A DNA stretch of 64,000 nt from Vairimorpha necatrix (Eukaryota), in contig CP142734.1 in the NCBI GenBank assembly GCA_036630325.1, positions 806,001 through 870,000 on the forward strand, written 5' to 3'. Shown in pieces: positions 1-11,974 of this stretch. Each line of letters begins with the position of its first letter. Positions within the stretch are counted from its first letter, which is position 1. The notes under the pieces are model-generated. The model did no database searches and was not told where the DNA came from. It saw only the letters and a list, made by a program, of their open reading frames with translations. Position numbers and translations under genes: made by a program.

Positions 1-1763
1 TCATTTATAAATATTATCTTCTCTTCTATATTCTTGATCTTATTCTTTACATTATTCTTTAAGTTCTTAAAGATGTCTTCTTTGGAAGAGACCAGAGGTC
101 TCTTCTCCAATATATCTTCTTTATTATTATTATCAATTGTATAATCTTCTTTATTATTATCTTTATTATTATCTTCTTTATTATCTTCTTTATTATACAT
201 TGTATCTTCTTCTTTTATACTGTCTTCTTTATTATTATCTTCTAATTTTACTATGTCTTCTTTTATACTGTCTTCTTTTATTATGTCTTCTTTATCTATA
301 ACTTCTTTAGTATCTATTGTATAATCTTTATTAACTTCTTTAGTATCTATTGTATAATCTTTAACTATATCTTCTTTATCCTTCATTCCTTCTATTAATA
401 TTACATCTTTATCACATAGTTTTTGTTGGTAGAACTCCCTTATGGCGTACACTTTGTCATCTTTGAATATCTCGAGATACTTCTCTCCTACCTTATTCTT
501 CATACACTCCTCCATTAGTGTCCTCCTGTATCTCCAGTCTAAATCAAACTCAGTAAACAAATTCTTAATAAACTCTTCTCTTTCTACTTCCTTAAAATAC
601 TTTATTATTCCCATCTTCTTTACTAATATCTTTTTATACACTTTATATTTACTACAATCTAGTACTAAATGTCGTATTGTATCATCATCTATAATATATC
701 TCTCTATATTCTTTAATATATTAATTCTTATCTTCTCTTTTATACTCTGTATATTTAAATCTAATAATCTCTTAATTATTATATTCATTTCTCTTTTATC
801 TTCTTCATAATAATCTACTAATAAGTCACTTATATCTATAAAATCATTAATCTTTAATATACTCAGTGTAGTGAATGATGTATTACACCACTTTAAGAAA
901 TATTTATAATCATATATTCCCTTCTTGAGTATCTCTTCATTCATTTCTAGATGATCTTTAAGTTTAATGTATAAAGAAGGGGATATGTTCTTTATAATGA
1001 GATGTTTGTAGCCACTCTTGGAATATTTGATCAATTTTGTGAGGAGTGTGGAGTCGTCTTTGTAAGTGAGGAAAATGCAAGCATTTTCTATAAAGAAATT
1101 GAGATTTAAATTTTCATAATCCAGGAGTGATCTAATTAATAAAGAAGAAGAAGATTTATCTTCTTCATTATTAATATCTTTAATATCTTTGATATCTTTA
1201 TTCTTATCTTCTTTAATATGCATATTTTCTATTAATTCATTAATACCACTTAAAGTACTACCACTTGTAAGATTAAATTTATTTAAAATACTATCACTTG
1301 CAGTATTAGTAACATATTTGTGGTTGAGCCTTATTTTTAATATGTTGAGTTCTATAAATATGTCCTTTCTTTCTTGATATTTCTCTATTAATTTGTCTAT
1401 ATTTGTAAAATCCTTAATCTTCTTATAAATATATGTAAAAACATCCACTACTTGTTTAAGGCAGACATCCATGATGGGAGTACAAAAATCAAAGAAGTAA
1501 TCACTAATACACTTACTTAATATATTATCTTCGTAGTGCTTTAGTACTAAATTAGATATATCCTCGTAGATTAATATTCCATATGTGTAATCTTTTATAA
1601 CTACTTCTTTTAATCTACTAATAACTTCTACTAAATCATATTGTGCTTCTATCTCTGGTATATTCTTGTATATCCACAATATGTGGAGAGTATTTGAATA
1701 ATCAAGACTTGAGAATTTCTCCTTGAAATTTCTGCCATTTATGCAGTTCATGCGGGAGATCAT
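1..1763 (-). CDS. HEAT-repeat protein, possibly divergent PP2A scaffold (A) subunit-like; runs off the window start
   Basis: ATG at 1763 follows CCCCATCTCAAATATAAAA; the frame appears open to position 1 (absent from ORF track because there is no stop). Translation begins MISRMNCINGRNFKEKF and contains DLDWRYRRTLMEECMK and FKDDKVYAIREF, resembling PR65/Tpd3 EDAKWRVRLAIIEYMP and WLVDHVYAIREA. A low-complexity K/E/D/N insert lies at ~120-400. Confidence 0.6.
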   Translation of the reverse strand, partial: MISRMNCINGRNFKEKFSSLDYSNTLHILWIYKNIPEIEAQYDLVEVISRLKEVVIKDYTYGILIYEDISNLVLKHYEDNILSKCISDYFFDFCTPIMDVCLKQVVDVFTYIYKKIKDFTNIDKLIEKYQERKDIFIELNILKIRLNHKYVTNTASDSILNKFNLTSGSTLSGINELIENMHIKEDKNKDIKDIKDINNEEDKSSSSLLIRSLLDYENLNLNFFIENACIFLTYKDDSTLLTKLIKYSKSGYKHLIIKNISPSLYIKLKDHLEMNEEILKKGIYDYKYFLKWCNTSFTTLSILKINDFIDISDLLVDYYEEDKREMNIIIKRLLDLNIQSIKEKIRINILKNIERYIIDDDTIRHLVLDCSKYKVYKKILVKKMGIIKYFKEVEREEFIKNLFTEFDLDWRYRRTLMEECMKNKVGEKYLEIFKDDKVYAIREFYQQKLCDKDVILIEGMKDKEDIVKDYTIDTKEVNKDYTIDTKEVIDKEDIIKEDSIKEDIVKLEDNNKEDSIKEEDTMYNKEDNKEDNNKDNNKEDYTIDNNNKEDILEKRPLVSSKEDIFKNLKNNVKNKIKNIEEKIIFIN

Positions 1764-1906
1764 TTTTATATTTGAGATGGGGAAAAAATAAACAAAAATA
1801 AACAAGAGAAAAATAAAAAAATTATATAAATAATGATATAAAGTTATATAATCTAATATTAATAATATAGTACTATAATATAAAGTTATATAATATTATA
1901 GTATTA

Positions 1907-2020
1907 TAATATTCTACTGTACTAATACAGTCCAATATTATATCTAATATTCTACTGTACTAATACAGTCCAATATTATATCTAATATTCTACTGTACTA
2001 ATACAGTCCAATATTATATC
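1907..2020. repeat. 3 x 38-bp perfect tandem repeat in a divergent intergenic region
   Basis: Unit TAATATTCTACTGTACTAATACAGTCCAATATTATATC at 1907, 1945 and 1983. Confidence 0.95.
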
Positions 2021-2079
2021 TAAAATTATATCTAATATTATTATTAAATTACATTCTTCGCTTATTTTATCCCTAATTT

Positions 2080-2295
2080 ATGATTTGTCCTGCTCTCGGT
2101 TTGAAATGTAAAGGGAAAATCGTAAAAGTCTGCTTCTCAAATATTCTCATAAATATAAATCAAATAGAAGGAAATAAGTCACTGGTCCCTTACAAGGGCA
2201 TACTCAAATATGATAAGAATATGAAGACAGGGGAAGAAGTGGAGTGTATTATTGTATCATACAGTGACAACGGGATCAACTGTATCCCCTTATAA
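2080..2295 (+). CDS. 71-aa S1/OB-fold protein, likely minimal exosome cap subunit Csl4-like
   Basis: CCCTAATTT precedes the ATG. The pattern P-x-x-G-x-x-x-x-G-K-I-x-K...YKGIL...KTGEEVECIIVSYSD matches the Csl4 S1 domain pattern PKxGDIVxxRV...FRGIIR...FKPGDIVRAxVLSLGD. Confidence 0.6.
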   Translation: MICPALGLKCKGKIVKVCFSNILININQIEGNKSLVPYKGILKYDKNMKTGEEVECIIVSYSDNGINCIPL

Positions 2296-2540
2296 TAAAA
2301 TAATAATATATATATTTAATTCAGTTGATTAATTTGTAATTCTTATAATACATTAAATCAATTTATACTAAAAAAACACTAAGACTTAATGTATTGAAAA
2401 TAGAGTCAACTTTAAAACTAATATAAGAAAATAACATTTAATTAATACAAAAAAAAAAGATAAGAGTATAACGTATATAATAAAAAAATGGGAACATCTA
2501 TTACAGAATAATTTACTACCAAAAATAAAACACCTTAAAT

Positions 2541-2712
2541 ATTATAACATCTCAAATTTATAACACAACATCTTAAAATTGATTATAACACCTTGTTTTA
2601 AACATAATTAAGTTTTAGACACAACATCTTAATATTAATCATAACATCTCAAAATTGATTATAACACCTTGTTTTAAACATAACTAAGTTTTAAACATAA
2701 CTAAGTTTTAGA
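2541..2712. repeat. Degenerate short tandem duplications
   Basis: Recurring ATAACATCTCAAA, ACACAACATCTTAA, GATTATAACACCTTGTTTTAAACATAA and AAGTTTTAGAC blocks. Confidence 0.7.
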
Positions 2713-3470
2713 CTTGGTGAAATAATTGACAACAATAAATTTATATACGTCTGATATCATTGTCTACTAATTTTATTTGACTTAAATAAACATCTTCTTG
2801 GTGCTACTGGCTTATACGCGTAGTAAATAATATTATTACTCTGGGATCTTATATGTTAAAAAATCTATTATATTCTTAATTTCATATAATTCTTCTAATA
2901 AACTATTATTTTATTATAAATACTTCTATCGTGCGAAAAACAATCACTAACATAGATTATTAACATCAACAACATATTTATCACTCATTGCATAATAAAG
3001 TCAATTTTAGTCATCTTATGTTCATCGATATCTAAAGATAAAAGCCTCTCTTTAGATTATACTTGTAAATACAATAACTGGACTAATAATATCTTAATTA
3101 GTAATAGTTCATAAATCACAAACTATTATTTTTTACTAGATAGACATAATACTCACTCTTTGTCCTATAGATCAATAAGATCTGTAAATTCATCGTAAAG
3201 TATAAAGATCATTTGATTTAAATTTTTAATTATTTAATTGATACTATCGCCCTATAAGTATTTGTTGTATGTTTTTCTAGATATTTTATTTCTAATTTAT
3301 TACTTCTTAAAAAAACATACTTTTAGTTAAATTGACAACACGTGGTATTAAATGTAAAAAAAGAGAGCCAGGTTGGAATTGATTTATTCTGATTCTAAAT
3401 AATAGGTTGTTTAAATACATGAAGATGGTAAAATTGACGTGGAAGTCTTGTAGAGTATGTGTTGATATTT

Positions 3471-3617
3471 ATTATTTTCCTATGTATCGTTGTGTAAAAT
3501 TTTTTTTTGATACTTTTATAGACCTATATCAATTTGTATCAAATTTCATTTATAGATTATTTTCCTATGTATCGTTGTGTAAAATTTTTTTTGATACTTT
3601 TATAGACCTATATCAAA
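3471..3617. repeat. ~62-bp direct duplication
   Basis: ATTATTTTCCTATGTATCGTTGTGTAAAATTTTTTTTTGATACTTTTATAGACCTATATCAA occurs at ~3471 and ~3556. Confidence 0.9.
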
Positions 3618-4225
3618 TTGTTTCATTTATAGTCTTATGACAGTTTTAGGAAAACAACTAATAAATGTATTTTGTATTTGATACAACACTATTACAAATA
3701 CCAAAAGACGAAGTAGTGTTATTTTCAATATACTTTTTTGTTTTCACTGGGTAATTTTTATACTATATATCTACTACTGACACTTAAAAACAATAATTAT
3801 CTTTTAAAATAAACTTAATTTAATTTTTATACAATTTTTTTCTCTTCTTTTTTAAAAAAAAACAATATATTTGTAGAGTTATCTATATGTATCAAATGTT
3901 TATCAATAACAAGATCTTTAATTCATTTCAGGGATGTCTTACCTCCTGTTTTTGTGTATTAATTTTCACCTACTAATGATTATTGTTATGGCTATTATTT
4001 TTCGAGCCTTTTTATATAGATTGTTGATCTCATGAGTATGGTCTCACTTAATACCTCATTTTATGCGTTCGCCATGTTATGCATTCATTTAATGATTGAT
4101 CAATGCTAATTTAACATCTATAATTATCGAATTAGTTAGTTAAAATCATATTTGATCTTGTACTAAGAAAATAAGCATTTTAAATGTCACAAAACTGCAA
4201 AAAAAAGGAAAATTCTTTGAATTGA

Positions 4226-4256
4226 CTAGCTAAAGCTTTTCCGTTAAAAAACGGGT
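4226..4256 (-). mobile_element. Helitron-like 3' terminus (diverged copy)
   Basis: ACTAGCTAAAGCTTTTCCGTTAAAAAACGGG resembles the family end ACTAGCGTATGCTTTCCCGTTTTGAAAACGGG (hairpin plus CTAG). Confidence 0.5.
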
Positions 4257-4829
4257 TTAATAAATTGACGCATTGCATTTTCATTTGCCGTTTTTGGAAA
4301 AAAGAGAAGAAAAGAAGGGAGTGTATTTTTAAGCAGTACATATAAATTCGAGCAAAACTTGAATGATTATTGTGCTTTTAAATGTTCTATGAACTTTTTT
4401 AATGACAAACTTTAAGCAAATAAAAAAAATCAATTTTTTTTCCGATGATTAAACATTTTTACAATTTTTTTTTGGTAAATGAATAATAATTTTGTTAAAA
4501 ACTCTATTTCAACGCTACTTTTACGAAAATAATAACATTAAATGTATTAACATATAGTGTACGTACTTACAATCATAAAAATGAAGCATGAAATTAGTAT
4601 CACATCAACTAAACAAGCGGTAATTGAAACGTTTAACACGCACAAAAACTAAGTGTAAAAAATAAAACAACGCCTTTTCCAAAAATAGTAATTAGATAAA
4701 TCGTAAAAGAATTATCCTTTTTATTATAAAAAATAATAATTAATATGTCTAATTATACACATTAAATTACTATAAAAATGCAAAAAAATTAAATAATTAA
4801 CTTGCAAACTTCTGAAAAAATATATCCTT

Positions 4830-5132
4830 TTATTCTATCATTAAAAGTATTCCAATTAAAAGCACTGTACACGGTATACATATGTACATTATTTTAGATA
4901 AAACGGGAATATCATTATATATTGTATTAATTTTTACTTCAACTTCTAGATTAGCAGACGGCAATACCGCGGTAGGTGTAATTATATCATCTACATCATC
5001 TAGTATATCAAAATTTCTTCCTCTTTCAGCCATCAATTCTGATCTAAGACAAGAATTTTCAAAATCTAAGTCATGTATAGCCTCGCAAAAAGATACACAT
5101 AAGAAAGCATAAAATTTTAGTAAGCTATTCAT
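4830..5132 (-). CDS. Small secreted/membrane protein (signal peptide + C-terminal TM), family B copy 1
   Basis: CCCCCTCTA precedes the ATG. MNSLLKFYAFLCVSFCEA signal, acidic middle, hydrophobic C-terminus. Paralogous to 11112-11435. Confidence 0.8.
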   Translation of the reverse strand: MNSLLKFYAFLCVSFCEAIHDLDFENSCLRSELMAERGRNFDILDDVDDIITPTAVLPSANLEVEVKINTIYNDIPVLSKIMYICIPCTVLLIGILLMIE

Positions 5133-5639
5133 TAGAGGGGATGTAAAATATTTGAATAATCATAAAATTGAGTTCGAGTAGTATGATTAAATTTTTTAGT
5201 ATAACTTAGACTTAATAATTTAAATTCAAAAAAAGATAAAATTGCCATAGTAAATATAGATTAGTGGACAAATTGCACTAATGCATAATTATCTGAAAAA
5301 TAGCAAATGATGTTGTGCCTCAATATTTTTTAATGTTTTAATTCAATTCCGCACTTTTATTATAAGTTTTTTAAAATTTATAACAAATAAACACATACCA
5401 CACCAATTATAAGCAACTAGTGTATTTATCAAATTACTAAAAAATTGAGGCTAGCACTAATAAAAAGTTATACTTTTTAAATATAAACCAAAAGCTTTAA
5501 TCATGAAAGGGCATTGCATTCGACTCCTCGCAAAGTGTCAAGGTTTATAATTTAATGGAAAATTGTCGCTATAAAAACAAAATAAAATAAAATGAGTATG
5601 CTTTGCTTGTACGGATACTCAAAGGAGACGATTTTAGCG

Positions 5640-6000
5640 AAGATGTGAGAAACCGACGTATCGCAAAAATAACATGCCTAACATATATTATAGAAAAAAT
5701 ATATTCTCATCATGAGATGTGAAAGGTTGAAAAAACATGTATTTAAAATAATATCTTATAATTTTTGGTGATAGAGACCCAAGCTCTTCATTCAGTAAAT
5801 AGTTTCATCTAGTACCGCATCTACGAGAAATGCAAAAAACTATACTTTAAATTGCCAAGATATATTATAAGGATGGTTTGCAGTGAATGCAATGCATGTG
5901 CGTAGACACAACCTCCTATAACAAAAAAAAACCAAACATATCTTAGCCGAAAGACCCTTCAAAAGATAAATCATTGATTCTGTCAAAATGAAGGCTATGA
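5640..6000 (+). pseudogene. Decayed retroviral-type integrase remnant (Ginger/Gin-like)
   Basis: Broken translation LPRYIIRMVCSECNACA*TQPPITKKK/KHILAERPFKR*IID gives the zinc-finger CxxC followed by the start of the core. A homologous sequence is at ~15150-15480. Confidence 0.5.
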
Positions 6001-9000
6001 ATCTGAATTTGGAAGTTAAAGTTCTATGAACACAGCAGTAATTGTATTTTTAAAAATATTTTATTCTGTTAAGAAAACGTCTCGTCGTTAAAATTGTATT
6101 ACAGCAAGAATACCAATATCAAACGCTATGGGCCACTAATATACCCTAAAGAGACAATTACAATGAGCCGAATATATTTCATCAATAAAAATCAATCGAC
6201 AAAATTTTATTTTACTTGTTCATAACAAATTTGTCATTCGATTAAACAAGGAAAAGTCAAAAAGTTAAATCAAACTTCTCATTTTCTTCAGAGCTAGAAA
6301 TTAAAATATGCGAACAATAAAATCTGGTTAATGGTTATATTTAACCATTAATTATTACTAAATCGTCATATATTCTTCCACATTAAAAGCTGCACTAATT
6401 TTTATTTACGTAAGCCTCGAATACAATATATAAATTAAAATGGCGACTATGAATTTACTTATAAAATGAAATGACTTGTATATAATGTTTGGAAATGGTA
6501 TAACTTTTTTTTTTTAAAAGTACATAGATAAAACCGACAACATTGTTTATAATCATATCAATGTGGGTTTCATTGAGCTTTAGTAGTCGTAAAAAACATT
6601 TGACTCAATTTAAAAGCTATAAGGCAGTTATTGATATAGTTATTTTTTATAAATAGTAAGAAATTTATTAGATAACATTTTAGAATAAGTTTTGATAGTA
6701 AGAAAACTAAGATTGTAATCGAATTTGATAAATAATACTAAAAACAAGTTTTTAATTGTGTTTTGCTCTTTTTTTACTTTTAATGTTTTTATAACCTATC
6801 TCGAAAAGTTATACATTAGAGAATTATAAAATGTAAGTAATTGATTTTTATAATTTAAATAAATCTATTAAAAACGTTTATTGGAATATTTTTGTAGCAA
6901 TCCATTCTTAAAATACAAATATATGAAAGTATTATCGCCATACTTTATAAAATAGAGTGTACAATACATATCAAATTCAATATACCACAACGCGATATCT
7001 CTTTGATACCTTCATATTCTGTGTATCAGATGGTATAATAGATTAAATCTCTCAATAATTACAAAACAACCTCATAAACTGCATTAAATTTTCTTTTAAC
7101 GTATAGAATTTGGAAGAATTAATTAAACTTTTTAAAACAATTGAACCTATTATTGTCTTTTATTGTTTCTGCAATAAATTTATGAGTTAACCTATTGCAT
7201 GTTATAATTATTTTTATATGTCGAAATTATATTCATCAACTAAAAAAAAGATTTTTCCGTCTATTTTTAAAATTTTCAATGCATTTTTTAATCGAAATTA
7301 ACTAATTTAATTTAAATTTCTTAACTCCATCCAGAGTCAACAGCCGGATAAAGAGAGCAAATATAATAAAATAAAAAAAAAAAGTTTTAACTAAAAAAAA
7401 AAATAAAAAATTTTATATCAAACCTAAAGAGCAAACAATTATCAGACAGCTGTTCAATATTATAATCTTTGAAAACTTTTACAATGCATAAATCTATGAC
7501 TAAACAAAAAAGCCCCATCATATATTTAAGTGAACCCCAATTGCATAAAATATGATCATCTATGTATTTGATATTACAAAAACAAGGTCTTCATGTTTGA
7601 GTCTAAAATAAAAATCCTTTCAAACTTACAATAAATGATCTATAGTTTTCGTCGGGAGAGTGCAAGGAACATATTTATTTACTAATGATTTAGATTACTC
7701 CTGGGCCGACAAAGTTTTACAAAAAAAAATAATCCTGGGTACTTAACTAATTCAAATATTGTGTGTTTAATATATTTATTTTTTTATATATGTTTAAATC
7801 TTGGAGTTGTTAAATTCTTTTAGATGTACGCGCTCTAAAGAGAGGTGCAATCTAACATAACTGCCCTAGTATATTCGCATATTTATCCTTTAAATTTATT
7901 GATCCTAAGCTTATGCACTTCTCTTGTTGATCGAGTTGCTCTATATCCGAAAAATGGTACACATATAAAAAAAAATTTGATTGCATTTAATTTAGGTAAA
8001 ATAGTATATAAAACAATATATATAACTGTTTGATAAAAAATGTAGTGTTATTAAGTTTTTTTTTCAGCATATAAATTTTTATATTCCCTTCATAATTAAA
8101 AAAGACAGTTAATAGTCTTAAGAACCCTATTTTCAATTAAACTTATAAATTATTCTATCTAATATTATAACATTAATGTATTCTTTGAATTATTTTTTTA
8201 TCCTATAAAATTTGGCACATATGATCAAAATAAATTTTTAGGAAACACCAAAAATATGGTATGCACAAAAACTCAGTTCGCATAGAATGCTATCTTTGAT
8301 TAGTAAAAAATTTATTGGGACAGTTTTATCGCAAAATTTAAATTATAGAGACTTCTATATGAGATATTAGTATCAGTTTATATATATTTTATGCACTATA
8401 TTTGCCTAAAAAGCGTGTATGCAGATATTTCGATTTATCTGAGGTTTTAAAACTCACTATAATTTCGTTTTTTTTTATTTTGAGCATTTATGGGCAGACT
8501 TGTAATATTAGTTAACATTTATATAGTTTGTATACTTGTAATACTTTACCATCATATGTTATAACATAAGCAACCATTTGTCTAAAACACACAAAACAAG
8601 AGTACATGCACTATACATCACATGTAAACTTCATTTTCCTCTGTAAATATCTATTTTTGTAGATGTAAAGCTAGTTTCAATTAATATTTTTTGCAATATG
8701 TCTATTTTCAGAAAAAATAACAAATAAAAGTAAAACATGAAAAAATCTAAAAACATCTGTAATAAATTTTGATGATACAAATTGTAAAATTCTATATATA
8801 ATACAATGGTTAACTAAGTAAAACAAAAAAATGATAGTAAGAAAAAAAAAAATCAAAAAATGATTTGAAATTCGCTGTCTATAAACGTAAAATTTTAACA
8901 ATCTCTGAATCTATATTTACTATTTAAATTAAAACAATAAAGATTTCATTTAGTATATTTTGCAAAAAATTAAAAATAAACTGAAAACAAATGTTTTTTT

Positions 9001-10074
9001 TATGATAAACAATTTTTTTTATTTTCAAATGTTAATCGAATCAAATGAGCACGATGCTTGTAATTCAGATTTTACAAAATTTTTTTATAATTATGTCTTT
9101 AAAATTATCCTTCTTAGAATTTGTTGCAAGTTCTATATGAGTGTTTGAAATATAGCAAGTTTATCTCTAGTGATAATGTCTTGCTTGATTTCATATCTGA
9201 TACGATTATAATTGTGCAAAAATATAAACAGACATAAAAATCTAATATTTTAAATTAGATGTATTAGTTCCACATATGAAGATAAAAAAGCTTAATGCAA
9301 AAATGGGGGTCACTTAGATTGACGACCTGCTGTAAGTATAATCAGAAAAAAATGACATATGTGCGAAAAATGTGATTAGAACTGGTTAGTACATGGATCC
9401 TAAAAAAAAACTCAAGTTACTGATTATACCTAAGCACTATACATAAATTTTTTCGCGGAAGATCTTGAAAGCACATGAACCCTGCGAATAGGAAGAAACA
9501 AGGATAATAGCGACTCTAGAGAGGAAGTTTCAAAAAGCAATTTTAATGTGTTTTAATTAATACAAAAATAAATAGAACCCTAATATTATTTTGATTTTAG
9601 AAGAATTATATTATTTAAGGCTTATTTCGCTTGTATATTACATTTTATGATATTTAGTTTCAATAAACATTTGTAAATATAAGAAGTAGACCTTTATAAA
9701 TGTGCTATTGATTTTTTAAGAAGTTTTTTAGATCTAAACATTATATTTTTTTAGTAAGTTTCCCTTTTTCATATATATATATGCCGTATATATTCGATTG
9801 TTGTCAATCAAATTATAACATAATAAAATAAGTTATAATTAGAATGATTATTGGTGGAATGTTCATTCTTTAATATAAGACGCAACTGTTAAACACGATA
9901 GTAAGAATAATTTTACATATATGCAGAAACCTTATAAATTTGAGCCTCACAGCGTTGTTTGTTTATATACTTTTTTTTGTATTTGCATGGAACACCAATT
10001 AAGACTTACCAATGAGTGAATTTTCTTATTCTAGATTTTTTATAAAGATAGTTATTTTGGAGCTGGGATACTTA

Positions 10075-10877
10075 CAGCCCCCGCATTTGAGGCGCTACGA
10101 TTTTTTTTTTCGAACCCCAAAAATGAAGTGTAAAAAAAGGAGGAGCAAAGAAGAGACAAAAATTACTAAGCACTTATTACATTAAAAATAGCAAATAAAT
10201 ATTTAATTTTATACAAAAATTAATTTTAAATTTAGTTATAATAATCATTTGAAGTATTGTGTCTTTTTCGCCTTTCTTATTTTTTCAATTTTTTTTAATT
10301 GTTGTTTTATTATGAAAGTAGATTTTCTTCAAAAATCTACTTTAATAATAAAACAACAATTAAAATTATAAATATTACTTATATAAGAAAATTTTAATAA
10401 ATGTTCATCGATCTATACAGATTGTTAAATCAAAAAATTTAATTTAAAATATGTTAAGTTATTTAGAATTATATAGTTTTATGGTTATATTCTTTTTTTA
10501 AATTAAATTTCGTATAAGAATATATATTTATTTGGTATTTTTACTGTTTTAAGATGCAAGTAATTTGAGTACTAATGATTGCTTCTCCTTTATTTTGCAC
10601 TTCGTTTTTGGGGTTCAAAATAATAAAGTGAACACCCTCAGAGAGAGCGGTTTTGTCCCCAATTCTAAAAAATCAGAAGGGCAAAAAATGCTTATTGGTT
10701 TATATTATTGTAAAAACTTGTATTAAAATATAATTGTGTACATAAATATATATTTATTTATTGTTTTTAATGTCATAAGTGCTTAGTAATTTTTGTCTCT
10801 TCTTTGCTCCTCCTTTTTTTACACTTCATTTTTGGGGTTCGGAAAAAAAAATCGTAGCGCCTCAAATGCGGGGGCTG
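10075..10877. mobile_element. Tc1/mariner-type MITE with ~130-bp TIRs
   Basis: TA|CAGCCCCCGCATTTGAGGCGCTACG... at the left and its near-perfect reverse complement ending GGGGGCTG|TA at the right. No ORF. Confidence 0.85.
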
Positions 10878-11111
10878 TAAGTTCTCTTTAGCCGTTATTT
10901 TTACTCTTAAATAGTTTCTCTTTCGTTGTTTTCTTTTTATCAATCTAGTTACTACAAACCATTCAAAAAATTAAGCTTTAAATAAAAAGATAAATTTGAC
11001 ATGTTGTAAAAATATAGTCTATTGGCTTTTAAAAACGAAAGAAATTATAAAAATGTATTAATTGATAAATTATACAATGTTTATAAGCTTTTTGGTTTCT
11101 AAAATAATAAC

Positions 11112-11435
11112 TTATTTAATTATTCCATAATAACAATTAGAATAATAAACCAGAGCCCATGCTGACAATATACCTGTAAAAATTAGTATAACAAAAAAAT
11201 CATGAAATTTTTGCCTTATCCATAAACTTATTTGTGCTACCATATATTCTTCATTGATAAGGGTAGCTAAAATTTCAGCTGTATTCCTACTAAGTGCTTC
11301 TTCTAATGTATTTAAATAATATTCGCTTGAATCCATTGATTCAGAGCTCATGCTCTCATCTTCAAAATCAGAATCATGTATAGCCTCGCATATAGATACA
11401 CATAAATAAGCAATAATTTTTATTAAACTATTCAT
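11112..11435 (-). CDS. Small secreted/membrane protein, family B copy 2
   Basis: CCCCTCTA precedes the ATG. MNSLIKIIAYLCVSICEAIHDSDFE N-terminus; TM FFVILIFTGILSAWALVYY. Confidence 0.8.
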   Translation of the reverse strand: MNSLIKIIAYLCVSICEAIHDSDFEDESMSSESMDSSEYYLNTLEEALSRNTAEILATLINEEYMVAQISLWIRQKFHDFFVILIFTGILSAWALVYYSNCYYGIIK

Positions 11436-11974
11436 TAGAGGGGAAAAAATATTTTTATTATGTAAACACGGAGTAACGAGAAATTTTATTATAGCATTTT
11501 CATACCAAATTTTTTTTTTATCATGATTAATAAGAAAAAAGTAATTGTATCATTTTCTATATTTATAGACACATATACATGCAAATCTATCTGATAATAT
11601 AATTAAATGTCGTGCGACCTAAGTTTTTTTTTTTTTTAAATTTCATACCACTATACGAACCCCCTAAAGTTATCATAATAAAGACATATTAAACCAATTA
11701 TAAGTAGCATGTTTTATCTATTAAATTTTTAAATATTGGAGCTTACACTAATAACTAAAGTCATACCCTATATTTGGACTAAAAGCTTTTGAAATCGCTG
11801 TTCCAAATAGAATCTGAATTTACTAATTAATTTTTCATACCAATTTACCATTATATAAATTTTTATTTTGTTGCCTCAATGATATCATTAAGAAAAAAAT
11901 AGAGATGAACTGCTTGTAAGGCTACTCAAAAGATACGTGATGGCCATAATCGCAACAAACATTGTATATTGTAT

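Noticed and set aside
442..1377. ORFs 442-810 and 1189-1377 on the + strand
   Set aside because: Antisense shadows of the long minus-strand CDS.
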